DNA from: Phycisphaeraceae bacterium
GTDB lineage: Bacteria; Planctomycetota; Phycisphaerae; Phycisphaerales; Phycisphaeraceae
Direction: 5' to 3'
NCBI GenBank assembly: GCA_963674705.1
Contig: OY771506.1
Coordinates: 2,592,001 to 2,656,000 of the forward strand
Length of the DNA: 64,000 bases
Position numbers and translations under genes: made by a program
The notes under the pieces: generated by a model
The model's database searches: none
Seen by the model: the letters and a program-made list of their open reading frames with translations, nothing else
What the model was told of the DNA's origin: nothing
Shown here: one piece after another, positions 19,304-29,276 of the stretch
How the letters are laid out: each line of letters starts with the position of its first letter
Numbering within the stretch: the first letter of the stretch is position 1

Positions 19304-20845
19304 ATGAACATCCGTTACGTTATCCGAGAACTTGGTTTGGTTCTGATCGTGCTGTGCTTGTGCATGGTTGCGGTGATGGGCTGGGCGGCCTGGCAGTGGG
19401 CGGATGGCAACGCGGATGAACGCCTGGCCATGCTCTCGCTTTTGATGAGCACCGCCGCCGGCGCGATCCTCGGTTTATTCTGCTGGCTGTTCGGCAGCCG
19501 AAGCGGCACGGACTTTCTAGGCAAACGTGAAGCCTTACTGCTGGTCGCCCTCTGTTGGCTCATCGGCGCTGCCGTCGCGGGCCTGCCTTATTACCTCTGG
19601 GCATGGATGGAGCAATCCAAGCTCGCCGAGCACGCCTTCGGCTCATTCAGCTCCTGTTACTTCGAATCCATGAGCGGCCTGACCACCACCGGGGCGACCG
19701 TCCTCAGCGATGTCGACTCCATCCCCAAGGGGTTACTGCTCTGGCGCGCGACGACGCACTGGCTGGGTGGTCTGGGTATCGTCGTCTTATTCGTAGCCGT
19801 GTTGCCTACTCTCGGTGTCGGCGGCAAGAAGCTTTTCCATGTCGAAGCCCCAGGCCCGCAGCAGCAGGGCGTGCGTCCGCGCATCAAGGAAACCGCACGA
19901 ATCCTCTGGCTCATCTACCTCATGCTCACCATCATCCAGACCGTGTCACTGCGCTTGGCAGGCATGGACTGGTTTGATGCCGTCTGCCACACGTTCGCAA
20001 CGCTCGCAACGGGCGGATTCAGTACACACAACGCCAGCATCGGCGGTTACAACAGTTGGATGATCGATATTATCACGATCGTCTTCATGATCCTGGCTGG
20101 TGTGAACTTCGGCCTTTATTACCAACTCGCTCGCCGCCGGTTCGACATGATCTGGAAAGACCCGGAGCTGCGCGTCTACCTGGGCATCATCTTCGTAGCG
20201 ACCGTACTGATCTCGGTCAGCATCTACGGCAAAACCACCACGTTCATGGACGGCTCCAAACACGAACTGGGCGTCGCCGAATCTGTCCGCCATAGCGCCT
20301 TCCAGGTCGCTTCCATCCAGACCACGACCGGCTTCTCCACAGCCGACTTCGATCTCTGGGGCTTCGTCCCGCAGGCGGTACTCGTCACGCTCATGTTCAT
20401 CGGCGCTTCGGCGGGTTCGACCGGCGGCGGCATCAAGGTCATCCGTATCATCATCGCCGCCAAGGTCATGTACGCGGAGTTGGAACGCGTCTTCAGACCG
20501 AATGTCGTGCGTACGATCCGCATCGGGAAAAGCGCGATCGATCCCGAATTGAAGCAGGGCGTTCTGGTTTATGTGCTGCTGATCCTGCTGCTGTTCCTGG
20601 GCGGGACGGTCGGGTTGATGCTCATCGAGCCGGCGGGATCGCTGGACTTCGGCTCCGCCGCCACTGCCAGCGCCGCGACGCTCAACAACATCGGCCCCGG
20701 TTTGAGCAAGGTCGGGGCAACGCAGAACTACGGCTTCTTCAGCGCGCCGGCCAAGATACTTTTGAGCATGCTCATGGTCCTGGGCCGGCTTGAAGTCTAT
20801 GCCGTCCTCGTGCTGTTGCGTCTGGCTTTCTGGACGGGTGATTAG
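19304..20845 (+). CDS. trkH: TrkH potassium uptake membrane protein, paralogue 2 (canonical)
   Basis: TTTGAT, ATGGFS, TTTGF, GSTGGGIK, NNIGPG and GRLE motifs. Confidence 0.95.
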   Translation: MNIRYVIRELGLVLIVLCLCMVAVMGWAAWQWADGNADERLAMLSLLMSTAAGAILGLFCWLFGSRSGTDFLGKREALLLVALCWLIGAAVAGLPYYLWAWMEQSKLAEHAFGSFSSCYFESMSGLTTTGATVLSDVDSIPKGLLLWRATTHWLGGLGIVVLFVAVLPTLGVGGKKLFHVEAPGPQQQGVRPRIKETARILWLIYLMLTIIQTVSLRLAGMDWFDAVCHTFATLATGGFSTHNASIGGYNSWMIDIITIVFMILAGVNFGLYYQLARRRFDMIWKDPELRVYLGIIFVATVLISVSIYGKTTTFMDGSKHELGVAESVRHSAFQVASIQTTTGFSTADFDLWGFVPQAVLVTLMFIGASAGSTGGGIKVIRIIIAAKVMYAELERVFRPNVVRTIRIGKSAIDPELKQGVLVYVLLILLLFLGGTVGLMLIEPAGSLDFGSAATASAATLNNIGPGLSKVGATQNYGFFSAPAKILLSMLMVLGRLEVYAVLVLLRLAFWTGD

Positions 20846-20949
20846 TCTGCCACCCTTCGACAAGCCCTCAAATCATTTACAGCAAATAGTTGACGTGCTC
20901 TGCCCGGCGAAGGATACTTCCTGCAATCTTTAGCCGAGGGTTCTACCTT

Positions 20950-21264
20950 ATGATCATCGTCAATACCGAAACCATCCCCGGCCGCGAGGTCTCGCATATC
21001 CTCGGGCTGGTTCAAGGCAACACCATCCGTGCTAAGCACCTGGGCCGCGACATCGCTGCGGGTTTCAAGAACCTGGTCGGTGGTGAACTCAAGGGTTACA
21101 CGGAACTGCTTACCGAAGCCCGTCGAGAAGCGGTCCAGCGCATGATGGCACAGGCCGAACAACTCGGCGCCGACGCCATCGTCAACGTACGTTTCACGAC
21201 CAGCGCCGTCGCGCAAGGTGCAGCAGAACTCTACGCCTACGGCACCGCGGTAAAACTCGTCTAA
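20950..21264 (+). CDS. ybjQ: YbjQ/UPF0145 family protein
   Basis: GLVQG..RD..AG.KN.VGGEL.GY, AR.EA..RM, GADAIV and AYGTAV motifs. Confidence 0.92.
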   Translation: MIIVNTETIPGREVSHILGLVQGNTIRAKHLGRDIAAGFKNLVGGELKGYTELLTEARREAVQRMMAQAEQLGADAIVNVRFTTSAVAQGAAELYAYGTAVKLV

Positions 21265-21282
21265 ACCTATACGGGAACAATC

Positions 21283-21765
21283 GTGGACACCCTCATCGCA
21301 CTCATCTGGCAACTGATCGCACTACCGACAGCGTTCTTCATCGGACGTTTCACGGAAAGACGCCACCTGCGAGACCTCGATGAACGCGAGAGCCGGTCCG
21401 GCGACATCATCGTGACGAACCTCAAGACCATTGCCGATCCCGCTTCCGTGGAAGGGGGGCGGATGGTGATCGGCCACGTCGTGATTGCGACCGACTACTG
21501 GAAAAGCTTTGCAACACGGATGCGCAACCTCGTCGGCGGGGAAATGAAGTCCGCGCAGTCGCTGATGATCCGTGGCCGGCGCGAAGCCCTGATGCGCCTT
21601 ATTGAAAACGCCCGTGAATACGGCGCGACCGAGGTCTACAACGTCCGCTACCAATTCTCCAACATCAGCATGATGCGCGGCAGCAAGGGTGGGGCGATGC
21701 AGGTTGAAATCTTAGCTTACGGCACAGCCATCGTACGTCGGTCCCAACAGATCGCCTCCCCGTGA
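21283..21765 (+). CDS. YbjQ-family protein with N-terminal membrane anchor
   Basis: RNLVGGE, RREAL.R and AYGTA motifs plus an N-terminal TM. Confidence 0.88.
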   Translation: MDTLIALIWQLIALPTAFFIGRFTERRHLRDLDERESRSGDIIVTNLKTIADPASVEGGRMVIGHVVIATDYWKSFATRMRNLVGGEMKSAQSLMIRGRREALMRLIENAREYGATEVYNVRYQFSNISMMRGSKGGAMQVEILAYGTAIVRRSQQIASP

Positions 21766-22622
21766 CCAGACCCGAACACGATCCCGGTATCGAGTTTGAG
21801 CCGCACCTGAACGCCGGCCACTCACATACACCCGATCCATCCGAATCCAAGGCTGAACAAACCATCGAGCGTGAAGCACGCCGCGGCGGCTTCGAACGGC
21901 TCGCCGCCATGCACGCCGTGACCGAAGAGCCATTTGTCCTGAAGCCTACGGACGAAGCAAAAAAGTTCAGTGCAGGCTCATTCTGTGCTCAATGTGGTTA
22001 CGACATGCGCGGAAGCGCACACACCGCCTGCCCTGAATGCGGTTTCGACCCGTCAGGCGGGTTCGGCCCCTATCTGAAAAAGCGTATCGAGCAGACTCCC
22101 CCGGGTACGCAGTGGCTGGTCTTCTTGATCGCCCTGGCGACCGGCGGCATCCTTTCAGTGCTCGGTTCACTGTTCGGGCAGTTGATCCTCAATTCCGATG
22201 TCGGCCTCGTTGCCTATGCGGTCACGACACCGATTTACGAAGAATTCATGAAGGTCATCTTCATCCTCATGCTCATCGAGCTTCGGCCGTGGGTCTTCAA
22301 GCATGCCTGGGCGATCTGGGTCGCCGCCATCGGTAGCGCCGCCACCTTCGCCACCCTCGAGAACCTGCTCTACCTGAACGTCTATATCCCCAATCCCACC
22401 CCCGGCATCATCCTCTGGCGGTGGACCGTCTGCTCTGCATTGCACATCGGTTGCACCACCACCGTTACCTTCGGCCTTATCCGTATGTGGCGAAGCAGCA
22501 TCACTCGCCTGCGTCCTCCGGCCGTGTCCGATGCCTACCCCTTCATTGTCGCCGCCATCGTCGTCCACGGCACTTACAACGGCATCGTGCTGCTCTTAGA
22601 GGTCTTCGGCTTCAGCTTCTGA
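21762..22622 (+). CDS. PrsW-family intramembrane protease with N-terminal zinc ribbon
   Basis: EE..K, FATLEN, H and HG.YN motifs. CAQC...CPEC ribbon. Confidence 0.85.
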   Translation: MTRPEHDPGIEFEPHLNAGHSHTPDPSESKAEQTIEREARRGGFERLAAMHAVTEEPFVLKPTDEAKKFSAGSFCAQCGYDMRGSAHTACPECGFDPSGGFGPYLKKRIEQTPPGTQWLVFLIALATGGILSVLGSLFGQLILNSDVGLVAYAVTTPIYEEFMKVIFILMLIELRPWVFKHAWAIWVAAIGSAATFATLENLLYLNVYIPNPTPGIILWRWTVCSALHIGCTTTVTFGLIRMWRSSITRLRPPAVSDAYPFIVAAIVVHGTYNGIVLLLEVFGFSF

Positions 22623-22717
22623 TCAATCCGTACCCCGCCGCTTGACCCCGGCACGTCTTCGCTGAACAATGCTCTAAACCAGAACCAGAACCTCGATATA
22701 AGACCATAGACACCGAT

Positions 22718-23263
22718 ATGCCCATAGCTGACCAGGACATCGTCAACGTCGATATGCCCAAGCTGACCCCGGCTCAGGCCTTCTACCTGCCCGAAGTCTT
22801 CAAGGGATTGGGCACCACCATCAAGCACGTCGCCAAGGCCGTCGCTCGGGGTAAGGGCAACCTGGCCATGGCCTACCCCGAAGAACGCCGCGAGCACCTG
22901 CCCGTCGAGAAGGGCGGTATTAACGTCGGCAACTTCCGTGGCGTTCACCGACTCAACCGTGACGAACAGGGCCGCGTCCGCTGCGTCGCCTGCTTCATGT
23001 GCTCCACCGCCTGCCCCGCCCATTGCATCCATATCGAGGCCAGTGAAGCACCCTGGGACGACCGCGAAAAGTATCCCGCTAAGTTCGACCTCGACGAGCT
23101 ACGCTGCATCTATTGCGGCATGTGTGAAGAAGCCTGCCCCGTCGACGCCATCGAACTCACCCAGACCTACGATATCGTCGGCCTCAGCCGTCAGGAAATG
23201 ATCTTCGATAAGCAGAAGCTGTTGGCCGTCTACGACGCTACGATCGAAGGTAAACCAATGTGA
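22718..23263 (+). CDS. nuoI: NADH-quinone oxidoreductase subunit I (2x[4Fe-4S])
   Basis: YPEE, FRG.H.L, CVACFMCSTACP and RCIYCGMCEEACP. Confidence 0.92.
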   Translation: MPIADQDIVNVDMPKLTPAQAFYLPEVFKGLGTTIKHVAKAVARGKGNLAMAYPEERREHLPVEKGGINVGNFRGVHRLNRDEQGRVRCVACFMCSTACPAHCIHIEASEAPWDDREKYPAKFDLDELRCIYCGMCEEACPVDAIELTQTYDIVGLSRQEMIFDKQKLLAVYDATIEGKPM

Positions 23264-24681
23264 TGTCTTGTATCAGATCCATCAAGCCGGGTTTTAATAT
23301 TTTTAAGCAGCGGGTGTGGGTCACTCATATCCGATTCTGGATCATCATTGTGATGCTGCTCATAGGCTTCATGGTGACAGGTTGTGCATCCCCCAGTTCA
23401 GGCAAAAACGCCGTCGGTACAGCCCGCCTCACCGAGGCTGAACTGGCCGATCAACTCAACGAGTTCTCTGACCGTTTCACGACTCAGATCACTTCCACCG
23501 CCAATAGGATCAGCCGGGATAGCGAAGACCGGGCTATCCAAAAGATATGTTTGCTCTGGAAAATCCGTTCCTCGACCATGATCCAGGACGCAATCTTAGC
23601 TAATCACCCGCAAAAAGCTTTTCTTGACGCGGCAACGCTGACCGTGCAGATGCGCAAGTTCCTGGAGAACCCGAATTCCACCGGCGCTACTCTCCTCGGC
23701 GATCACCAACAGGCAGCGCTCGATACCGCGGTTCGGCTTGAAAACGACATCTTTCAGATCGGCGGCCTGTTCCTGAACGCGGAGCAACTCGAAAATCTCA
23801 AGCAAGATATTGATACTTACACCGACGAAAACCCAATGGCAGGCACGTTCAATTTAGCTGCGGTCAGGTCTGGCAAAGCTCAATCATCTCAGATCCAGAT
23901 GTTCGACTGGGTGACCGCGATCCCCATGGCGCCCTTCCGTGCCCTGGAAGGTATCGATTCCGGCGCTCAGGCCATCAGCGCGTTTAACGTGATCGCCAGC
24001 CAGTTCTCACGGATCGTCGAAGACATGCCCGAGCAGACACGTTGGCACGCTGAGTTGCTTTTGTATGAACTCGAAGAACGCCAATTCACGGTTGATGCGC
24101 TTGACAGCTTCAACAAGGTTGCACTCAGCGCAGAATCTTTATCCAAGACAGCCCAAACCTTGCCCGCCGATCTGCGCAAAGAAGTCACACTCGCCTTACA
24201 GGATTTTGAAAACCAGCAACAACAGTTGCAGCAAACGCTCAACACGCTGGACGGCACGATCGAGCGCGCGACACTCATGCTCGATTCGGTCTACGCCGCC
24301 GGAGACAACGTCGCTCAGGCCGGCGAATCCTGGCGAGAGGTATTCCAGGCGATCGGTGCGATGGGCGGGGATAAGTCTTCTAAAGATCCTTCCGAACCCT
24401 CCCGCCCGTTCGATATCCGCGAATACACCGCAACCGCCGAGCGCCTCACCGAAGCCGCCACCGAGTTACGTTCGCTGGTCAACGAAATCAATCAGACACT
24501 CCAGAACGAAAAAGTCAGCACGCTGCCCGCTCAGGCATTACAGGACGCCGAGGCACGCGGCCGCAGCGTTACCGACCACGCCGCCTGGCGCGTGCTGCAA
24601 CTGATGGCTGCCGCGTTCATGCTGATGATCATCTACCGGCTGATCAGCCACCGCCTGATCGGGCGTAAACCATCGGCCTGA
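23260..24681 (+). CDS. Hypothetical lipoprotein-like coiled-coil protein with C-terminal TM
   Basis: Lipobox-like MVTGC, long helical body, C-terminal hydrophobic segment. True start uncertain. Confidence 0.75.
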   Translation: MMSCIRSIKPGFNIFKQRVWVTHIRFWIIIVMLLIGFMVTGCASPSSGKNAVGTARLTEAELADQLNEFSDRFTTQITSTANRISRDSEDRAIQKICLLWKIRSSTMIQDAILANHPQKAFLDAATLTVQMRKFLENPNSTGATLLGDHQQAALDTAVRLENDIFQIGGLFLNAEQLENLKQDIDTYTDENPMAGTFNLAAVRSGKAQSSQIQMFDWVTAIPMAPFRALEGIDSGAQAISAFNVIASQFSRIVEDMPEQTRWHAELLLYELEERQFTVDALDSFNKVALSAESLSKTAQTLPADLRKEVTLALQDFENQQQQLQQTLNTLDGTIERATLMLDSVYAAGDNVAQAGESWREVFQAIGAMGGDKSSKDPSEPSRPFDIREYTATAERLTEAATELRSLVNEINQTLQNEKVSTLPAQALQDAEARGRSVTDHAAWRVLQLMAAAFMLMIIYRLISHRLIGRKPSA

Positions 24682-24755
24682 ACCCCGCATTCTCTGACAA
24701 ATACTTTGTCAATCGATGTCTCGTGGTAAGATGTGTCTTCTGCAGGAGAATCCAC

Positions 24756-25559
24756 TTGACTTCACCCATCGACGCCCGTGCACCACGCCCCAACCGCCTT
24801 TCCATCGCGCGCGATTGGCTGCCTCGCTATACCGGCATGCCTATCGACCGCTTCGGCGACTACATCCTCCTGACCAACTTCCGCAGCTACCTGCACAACT
24901 TCGCAGATCGTTTCAACTGCGATATCGTCGGCGAGGAACGACCCATGCAGGCCGCGACCAACAACAACGGCCTGAGCATGATCAACTTCGGCATCGGTTC
25001 GGCTAACGCCGCCACCATCATGGACCTGCTCAGTGCGCGTCAGCCCAAGGCCGTGCTCTTCCTTGGTAAGTGCGGCGGGCTTAAACACTCCACCGAAATC
25101 GGACACTTCGTCCTGCCCATCGCCGCCATCCGTGGCGAAGGCACAAGCGACGACTACTTCCCGCCCGAGGTCCCCGCGCTACCCTCGTTCAAACTGCACA
25201 AGTTCGTCTCTGACAAGATCGTCGCGCGTGGTTATGAATACCGCACTGGTGTCGTCTTCACCACCAACCGCCGGATGTGGGAGCACGACCAGCGCTTCCT
25301 CGATCGACTGCATGCCGCCAGCGCACTGGCCATCGACATGGAGACCGCCACCATCTTCATCGTCGGCCACTACAACCAGATCGCCCGCGGCGCACTGCTG
25401 ATGGTTTCGGATGTCCCCAACACCCCCGAAGGTGTCAAGACCGAAGCCTCCGATATCAAGGTCACTACCGAGTGGGCACGACCGCACCTTGAACTGGGCA
25501 TCGAAGCCATGAGCGAGATCAGCGAAAAGGGCGAACACATCAAGCACTTTACTTACTAG
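24756..25559 (+). CDS. amn: AMP nucleosidase (short type)
   Basis: [35 protein letters not shown] and IDMETAT. TTG start inferred after GGAG. Confidence 0.9.
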   Translation: MTSPIDARAPRPNRLSIARDWLPRYTGMPIDRFGDYILLTNFRSYLHNFADRFNCDIVGEERPMQAATNNNGLSMINFGIGSANAATIMDLLSARQPKAVLFLGKCGGLKHSTEIGHFVLPIAAIRGEGTSDDYFPPEVPALPSFKLHKFVSDKIVARGYEYRTGVVFTTNRRMWEHDQRFLDRLHAASALAIDMETATIFIVGHYNQIARGALLMVSDVPNTPEGVKTEASDIKVTTEWARPHLELGIEAMSEISEKGEHIKHFTY

Positions 25560-25948
25560 GGTGTGGGGTTTGGGGTGTAGGGTGTGGGGTAAAAGGCAAA
25601 GACCATTGGTACAGGATCTTTACCGCGAAGCCCACGTTCGCCGAACGTGGGCTCTTGCACATGGGGGGAGAAAACAGAAAACGCAGAAAAGCAGAAAATA
25701 AAATCCCCAATCCCCAATCCCCAATCCCCAATCCCCAATCCCCAATCCCCAATCCCCAATCCCCAATCCCCAATCCCCAATCCCCAATTCCAAAAATCCA
25801 TCCGGACCTTCGCTTCGCTCAGGACCGGCGTTGTGGGGGGGATCTGGAAATCTGGAAAACTAGATAGCTGGAAATCAGAAAAGCAGGAAATAGAATTCCT
25901 ACACCCTACACCCTACACCCTACACCCTACACCCTACACCCCACACCC
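25558..25948. repeat. Composite intergenic repeat cassette, copy 1
   Basis: GGGTGT(A/G)-like left arm, palindrome GAAGCCCACGTTCGCCGAACGTGGGC, (CCCCAAT)x12 at 25705-25788, CCGGACCTTCGCTTCGCTCAGGACCGG, and (CCTACAC)x6+ at 25898-25948. Confidence 0.92.
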
Positions 25949-26004
25949 ATATCAAATCCATGCCATAATCTCCCACAGCCAACGACTACCCCAAGGGGCG
26001 TACT

Positions 26005-27213
26005 ATGCACATGTATTCTGCGATCTTTGGTGCCGGGACGGTGGGGCCGTTTTCGTCTCGTGCGTTTGTACCCGCGTTTATCACGGCGCTTTTGCTGCGC
26101 TTCGCCCCGCAGTGGGCGTCGTGGATGCCTCAGGACATAGCCAGCATTGCCGACCAGGCCCCGACATGGTTTACATGCAATACGTCATTGATCATCTTCG
26201 GCCTCCTCGCCGCGCTCGAGATCGCTGCCACCAAGAGCCCTGACATCCGCGCTGCCTACCAGGAAGTCGACAAGTACGCCAAGTCGATCGTCGCCTTCAT
26301 CACCTACATGGGCATCGCCAGCGTGCAGGATGTGGGTTTCGTTGAAAACGCCACGAAGATGGCCGGCTGGGCCGACGGCTTGCCGGCGCTTTTGATCGGC
26401 GTGGGTGTGTTCTGGCTCGGCACGCTCAGGCAAAGCGCGCTATCTGTCATCACCGATGCTGATGAAGACGATGACATCGGCGTGCAGAACCTGTTCAGTT
26501 GGGCGGAGGATGTCTGGAGCAGCTTTGGCATCATCCTGCTTCTGATCGCCCCATTTATCATGCTCATCCTCGTCGGTATCGTCGCGGGCATTCTCGTCCT
26601 GCTTCGCCGACGTGCTGAGAAAAAGGAAGACCGCTCCAGGATCGCCTGTGCAAACTGCGGCCAGATGATCTACGGCTCAGCCGTCCAGTGTTTTGCATGC
26701 AAGACGCCCGTACAGACGCCGAACGCTATCGGCATCTTCGGCACGTCGTTAGATGTGCCTGCCACCGATCCCGCTTCGCATCCGTATAAACTCGTTCAGA
26801 AAAAACGATGCCCCGTCTGTGCGACCCGTCTTGAAAAACGTACGGTATATCAAACCTGCAAGGCCTGTGGCCACGAACTGTTTGCCGATGCCGCGTTCGC
26901 AGATGCCTACATCGCGCGACTCGATGCACGCCTGCCGATCGTGCTGCTGGTTTCCGCCGGCTTCAGCATGATCCCCGTCATCGGCCTGATCCCGGGTGTC
27001 ATCTATTACCGACTCACACTCATCGGCCCACTACGCCGGTATATCCCCCGCACGCGCACGATCCTGCTGCGTTGGCTCGTTCGCATCGCGATCTTCCTGC
27101 TCATCATGCTCCAGTGGATCCCCGTCGCCGGTATTTTTGCCGTTCCAGCCATGGCGTTACTCAATTACAGCGTTTATCGCTCTGCTTTTCGCGGCATGCT
27201 CAAATCCGCTTGA
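26005..27213 (+). CDS. Membrane protein (DUF4126-like N-terminus) with two double zinc ribbons
   Basis: Multiple TM helices, LE..A.K.P and S..ED motifs, CANC/CFAC and CPVC/CKAC pairs. Confidence 0.75.
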   Translation: MHMYSAIFGAGTVGPFSSRAFVPAFITALLLRFAPQWASWMPQDIASIADQAPTWFTCNTSLIIFGLLAALEIAATKSPDIRAAYQEVDKYAKSIVAFITYMGIASVQDVGFVENATKMAGWADGLPALLIGVGVFWLGTLRQSALSVITDADEDDDIGVQNLFSWAEDVWSSFGIILLLIAPFIMLILVGIVAGILVLLRRRAEKKEDRSRIACANCGQMIYGSAVQCFACKTPVQTPNAIGIFGTSLDVPATDPASHPYKLVQKKRCPVCATRLEKRTVYQTCKACGHELFADAAFADAYIARLDARLPIVLLVSAGFSMIPVIGLIPGVIYYRLTLIGPLRRYIPRTRTILLRWLVRIAIFLLIMLQWIPVAGIFAVPAMALLNYSVYRSAFRGMLKSA

Positions 27214-27335
27214 CTGGCGTGCTATGATCTGCAGAAGCGGGCATTGAACGTTTATCCATGGACCGCATGCAATGTGGATGCGGTGTGTTCGTTTTTGTAT
27301 TGAGTGACATTCGTTCTCACTGATCGGGACGCCTG

Positions 27336-28550
27336 ATGCCAAGTAGGCCGATGAGCTTCGCCTCTGCCATGAGCGATGTGGTTTCCACCACGGATGCGCT
27401 CAATGAGGTGCTGTACCTGCTCTGCGATCAACTCGGTGATTCGCGACCGGACCTTTTGGTGATCTTCGCAACCATGCATCATCAATTGGAGTTCCGACGG
27501 ATCTGCCAGGAACTTGACGACTCTTTAAAGCCGCGCGTCATGATCGGCTGCACGTGCAGCGGCGTCATCGGCATCCGCCATGAACAGCAGCAAGGCCCCG
27601 GCTTGTCCGTGCTGGCGGGGGTGATGCCCGGTGTCGCGTTGCAGGGTTTCAGCTACGAGCAGTTCGACTGGCCTGCGATTATCGATGCGCCATCAGCGAT
27701 GCACGACACGATCGATCTCTCAAACGATCCCCGACATCCAACTGATGAGCCTGCAGCGATCATTTTACTGGCCGATCCTTTCAGCACACCGATGATCAAA
27801 CTCCTGCCGACGTTTGCCGCGGCATTCGGGCCGATCCCCGTGATCGGTGGGATGGCCAGCGGCGCACGCGCGGCCGGGCAGAACCAGCTCACGCTCAACG
27901 GTTCTGTGATGAGCGAGGGCGCGGTTGGCGTCGCAATCGGTGGGGCGGTCGACCTGCAAACCACGGTCAGCCAGGGGTGCCGGGCCGTCGGCGAACCCAT
28001 GCTCATCACCAAGAGCCATCGGCATATCGTCCAGGAACTCGGCGGCAAGAATCCGTTGCTGGCGTTGCGCCAAGTCGCCACGAAACTATCCCAAGAAGAT
28101 CGTGCGTTGATCGAACAGAACGGCCTGCATATCGGGCGCGTCATCAACGAGTACAAATCACACTTCGGACGCGGCGACTTCCTGATCCGAAACATGGTCG
28201 GCGTCGATGCCGAGGAAGGTTACATCGCCATCGGCGACCCGCGCGTACGCACCGGCCAAACCATCCAGTTTCATCTACGCGATGCCCAAAGTGCCGAAGA
28301 CGATCTTCGCATGATGCTCGATGCGCAGCAGGTTCACGGCGACGCCAAGGCGGTGCTGCTGTTCAGTTGTAACGGTCGGGGTGTCAACCTCTTCGATCAT
28401 CCGCACGCGGATGCAATGATGGTGCATGATGCACTGGGCAACGTACCACTTGCAGGCTGCTTCTGCGCCGGCGAGATCGGCCCCGTCGGCGACCAAAGCC
28501 ACCTCCACGGCCACACCGCATGTCTGGCAGTGTTTAGGGAAAGGGTGTAG
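27336..28550 (+). CDS. FIST (FIST_N + FIST_C) sensory domain protein
   Basis: IGC..SG, LLADPF, GG.ASG, VSQGC, FSCNGRG and GEIGP..LHGHT motifs. Confidence 0.92.
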   Translation: MPSRPMSFASAMSDVVSTTDALNEVLYLLCDQLGDSRPDLLVIFATMHHQLEFRRICQELDDSLKPRVMIGCTCSGVIGIRHEQQQGPGLSVLAGVMPGVALQGFSYEQFDWPAIIDAPSAMHDTIDLSNDPRHPTDEPAAIILLADPFSTPMIKLLPTFAAAFGPIPVIGGMASGARAAGQNQLTLNGSVMSEGAVGVAIGGAVDLQTTVSQGCRAVGEPMLITKSHRHIVQELGGKNPLLALRQVATKLSQEDRALIEQNGLHIGRVINEYKSHFGRGDFLIRNMVGVDAEEGYIAIGDPRVRTGQTIQFHLRDAQSAEDDLRMMLDAQQVHGDAKAVLLFSCNGRGVNLFDHPHADAMMVHDALGNVPLAGCFCAGEIGPVGDQSHLHGHTACLAVFRERV

Positions 28551-28922
28551 GAAAGAATATTTTTGATTTCGGATTGATGATTTATGCTAAAGACTAGACT
28601 TTATTCGCGATTGTTTCATCAACGCCGGTACTGATCGCAGCGAAAGGCCGGGTATCTTCCGCCCGCGTTGACCAGACACACACCGTGATCAAAACATCCA
28701 CGAGTGCCACCCATGTGGCATGCTTGAAACCTCTATCACAAAACGGCAGAAGGTCAAGAAAAAGACGACTCTATACGTAAAAAAAGGCAAAAAAATACGA
28801 TAGTGGATAAGTCTACATTTTATCGGCTTGCAGGATTTTACTTGGAATCCGCGAACCATCTCGGCATAATGGGTGTATTAGCTTGTGTCAACGTTTCCTT
28901 TTTTCAGAATCGGAGTCGACGC

Positions 28923-29276
28923 ATGCAGATCAAAGTAGTTGGCGATCACCTGGACGTCACCCCTTCACTGGCCGAATACGCCAAACACCGAATCGAGCTC
29001 AGCCTGGATCGTTTTGCGGATCACATCCGCGATGTCACCGTTCGTCTCGATGACATCAGCGGACCGCACGGCCCCGGCACGAAGCGATGCCACATGGAAG
29101 TCACCCTCTTCCATCGTGACCCCGTTATCGTCGAGCAGAAGCACGCCGATATCTACACCGCGATAGATAAGGCAGGCTCACGGACCAAGCGGACCGTTCG
29201 TCGGCACATCAATCGTGTTCGTGATGCTCGTCGTTCTTCTACCCAACGGGCGATTCACCGCGCTGCGGTCGCCTGA
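28923..29276 (+). CDS. hpf: Ribosome hibernation factor HPF/RaiA family
   Basis: MQIKV.G.H...T..L..Y and D.Y.AID.A motifs. GGAG RBS. Confidence 0.85.
   Translation: MQIKVVGDHLDVTPSLAEYAKHRIELSLDRFADHIRDVTVRLDDISGPHGPGTKRCHMEVTLFHRDPVIVEQKHADIYTAIDKAGSRTKRTVRRHINRVRDARRSSTQRAIHRAAVA

Noticed and set aside
25549..25867. ORFs reading GIGDWGL.. / PIPNPQS..
   Set aside because: Translations of the CCCCAAT heptamer tandem, not credible genes.
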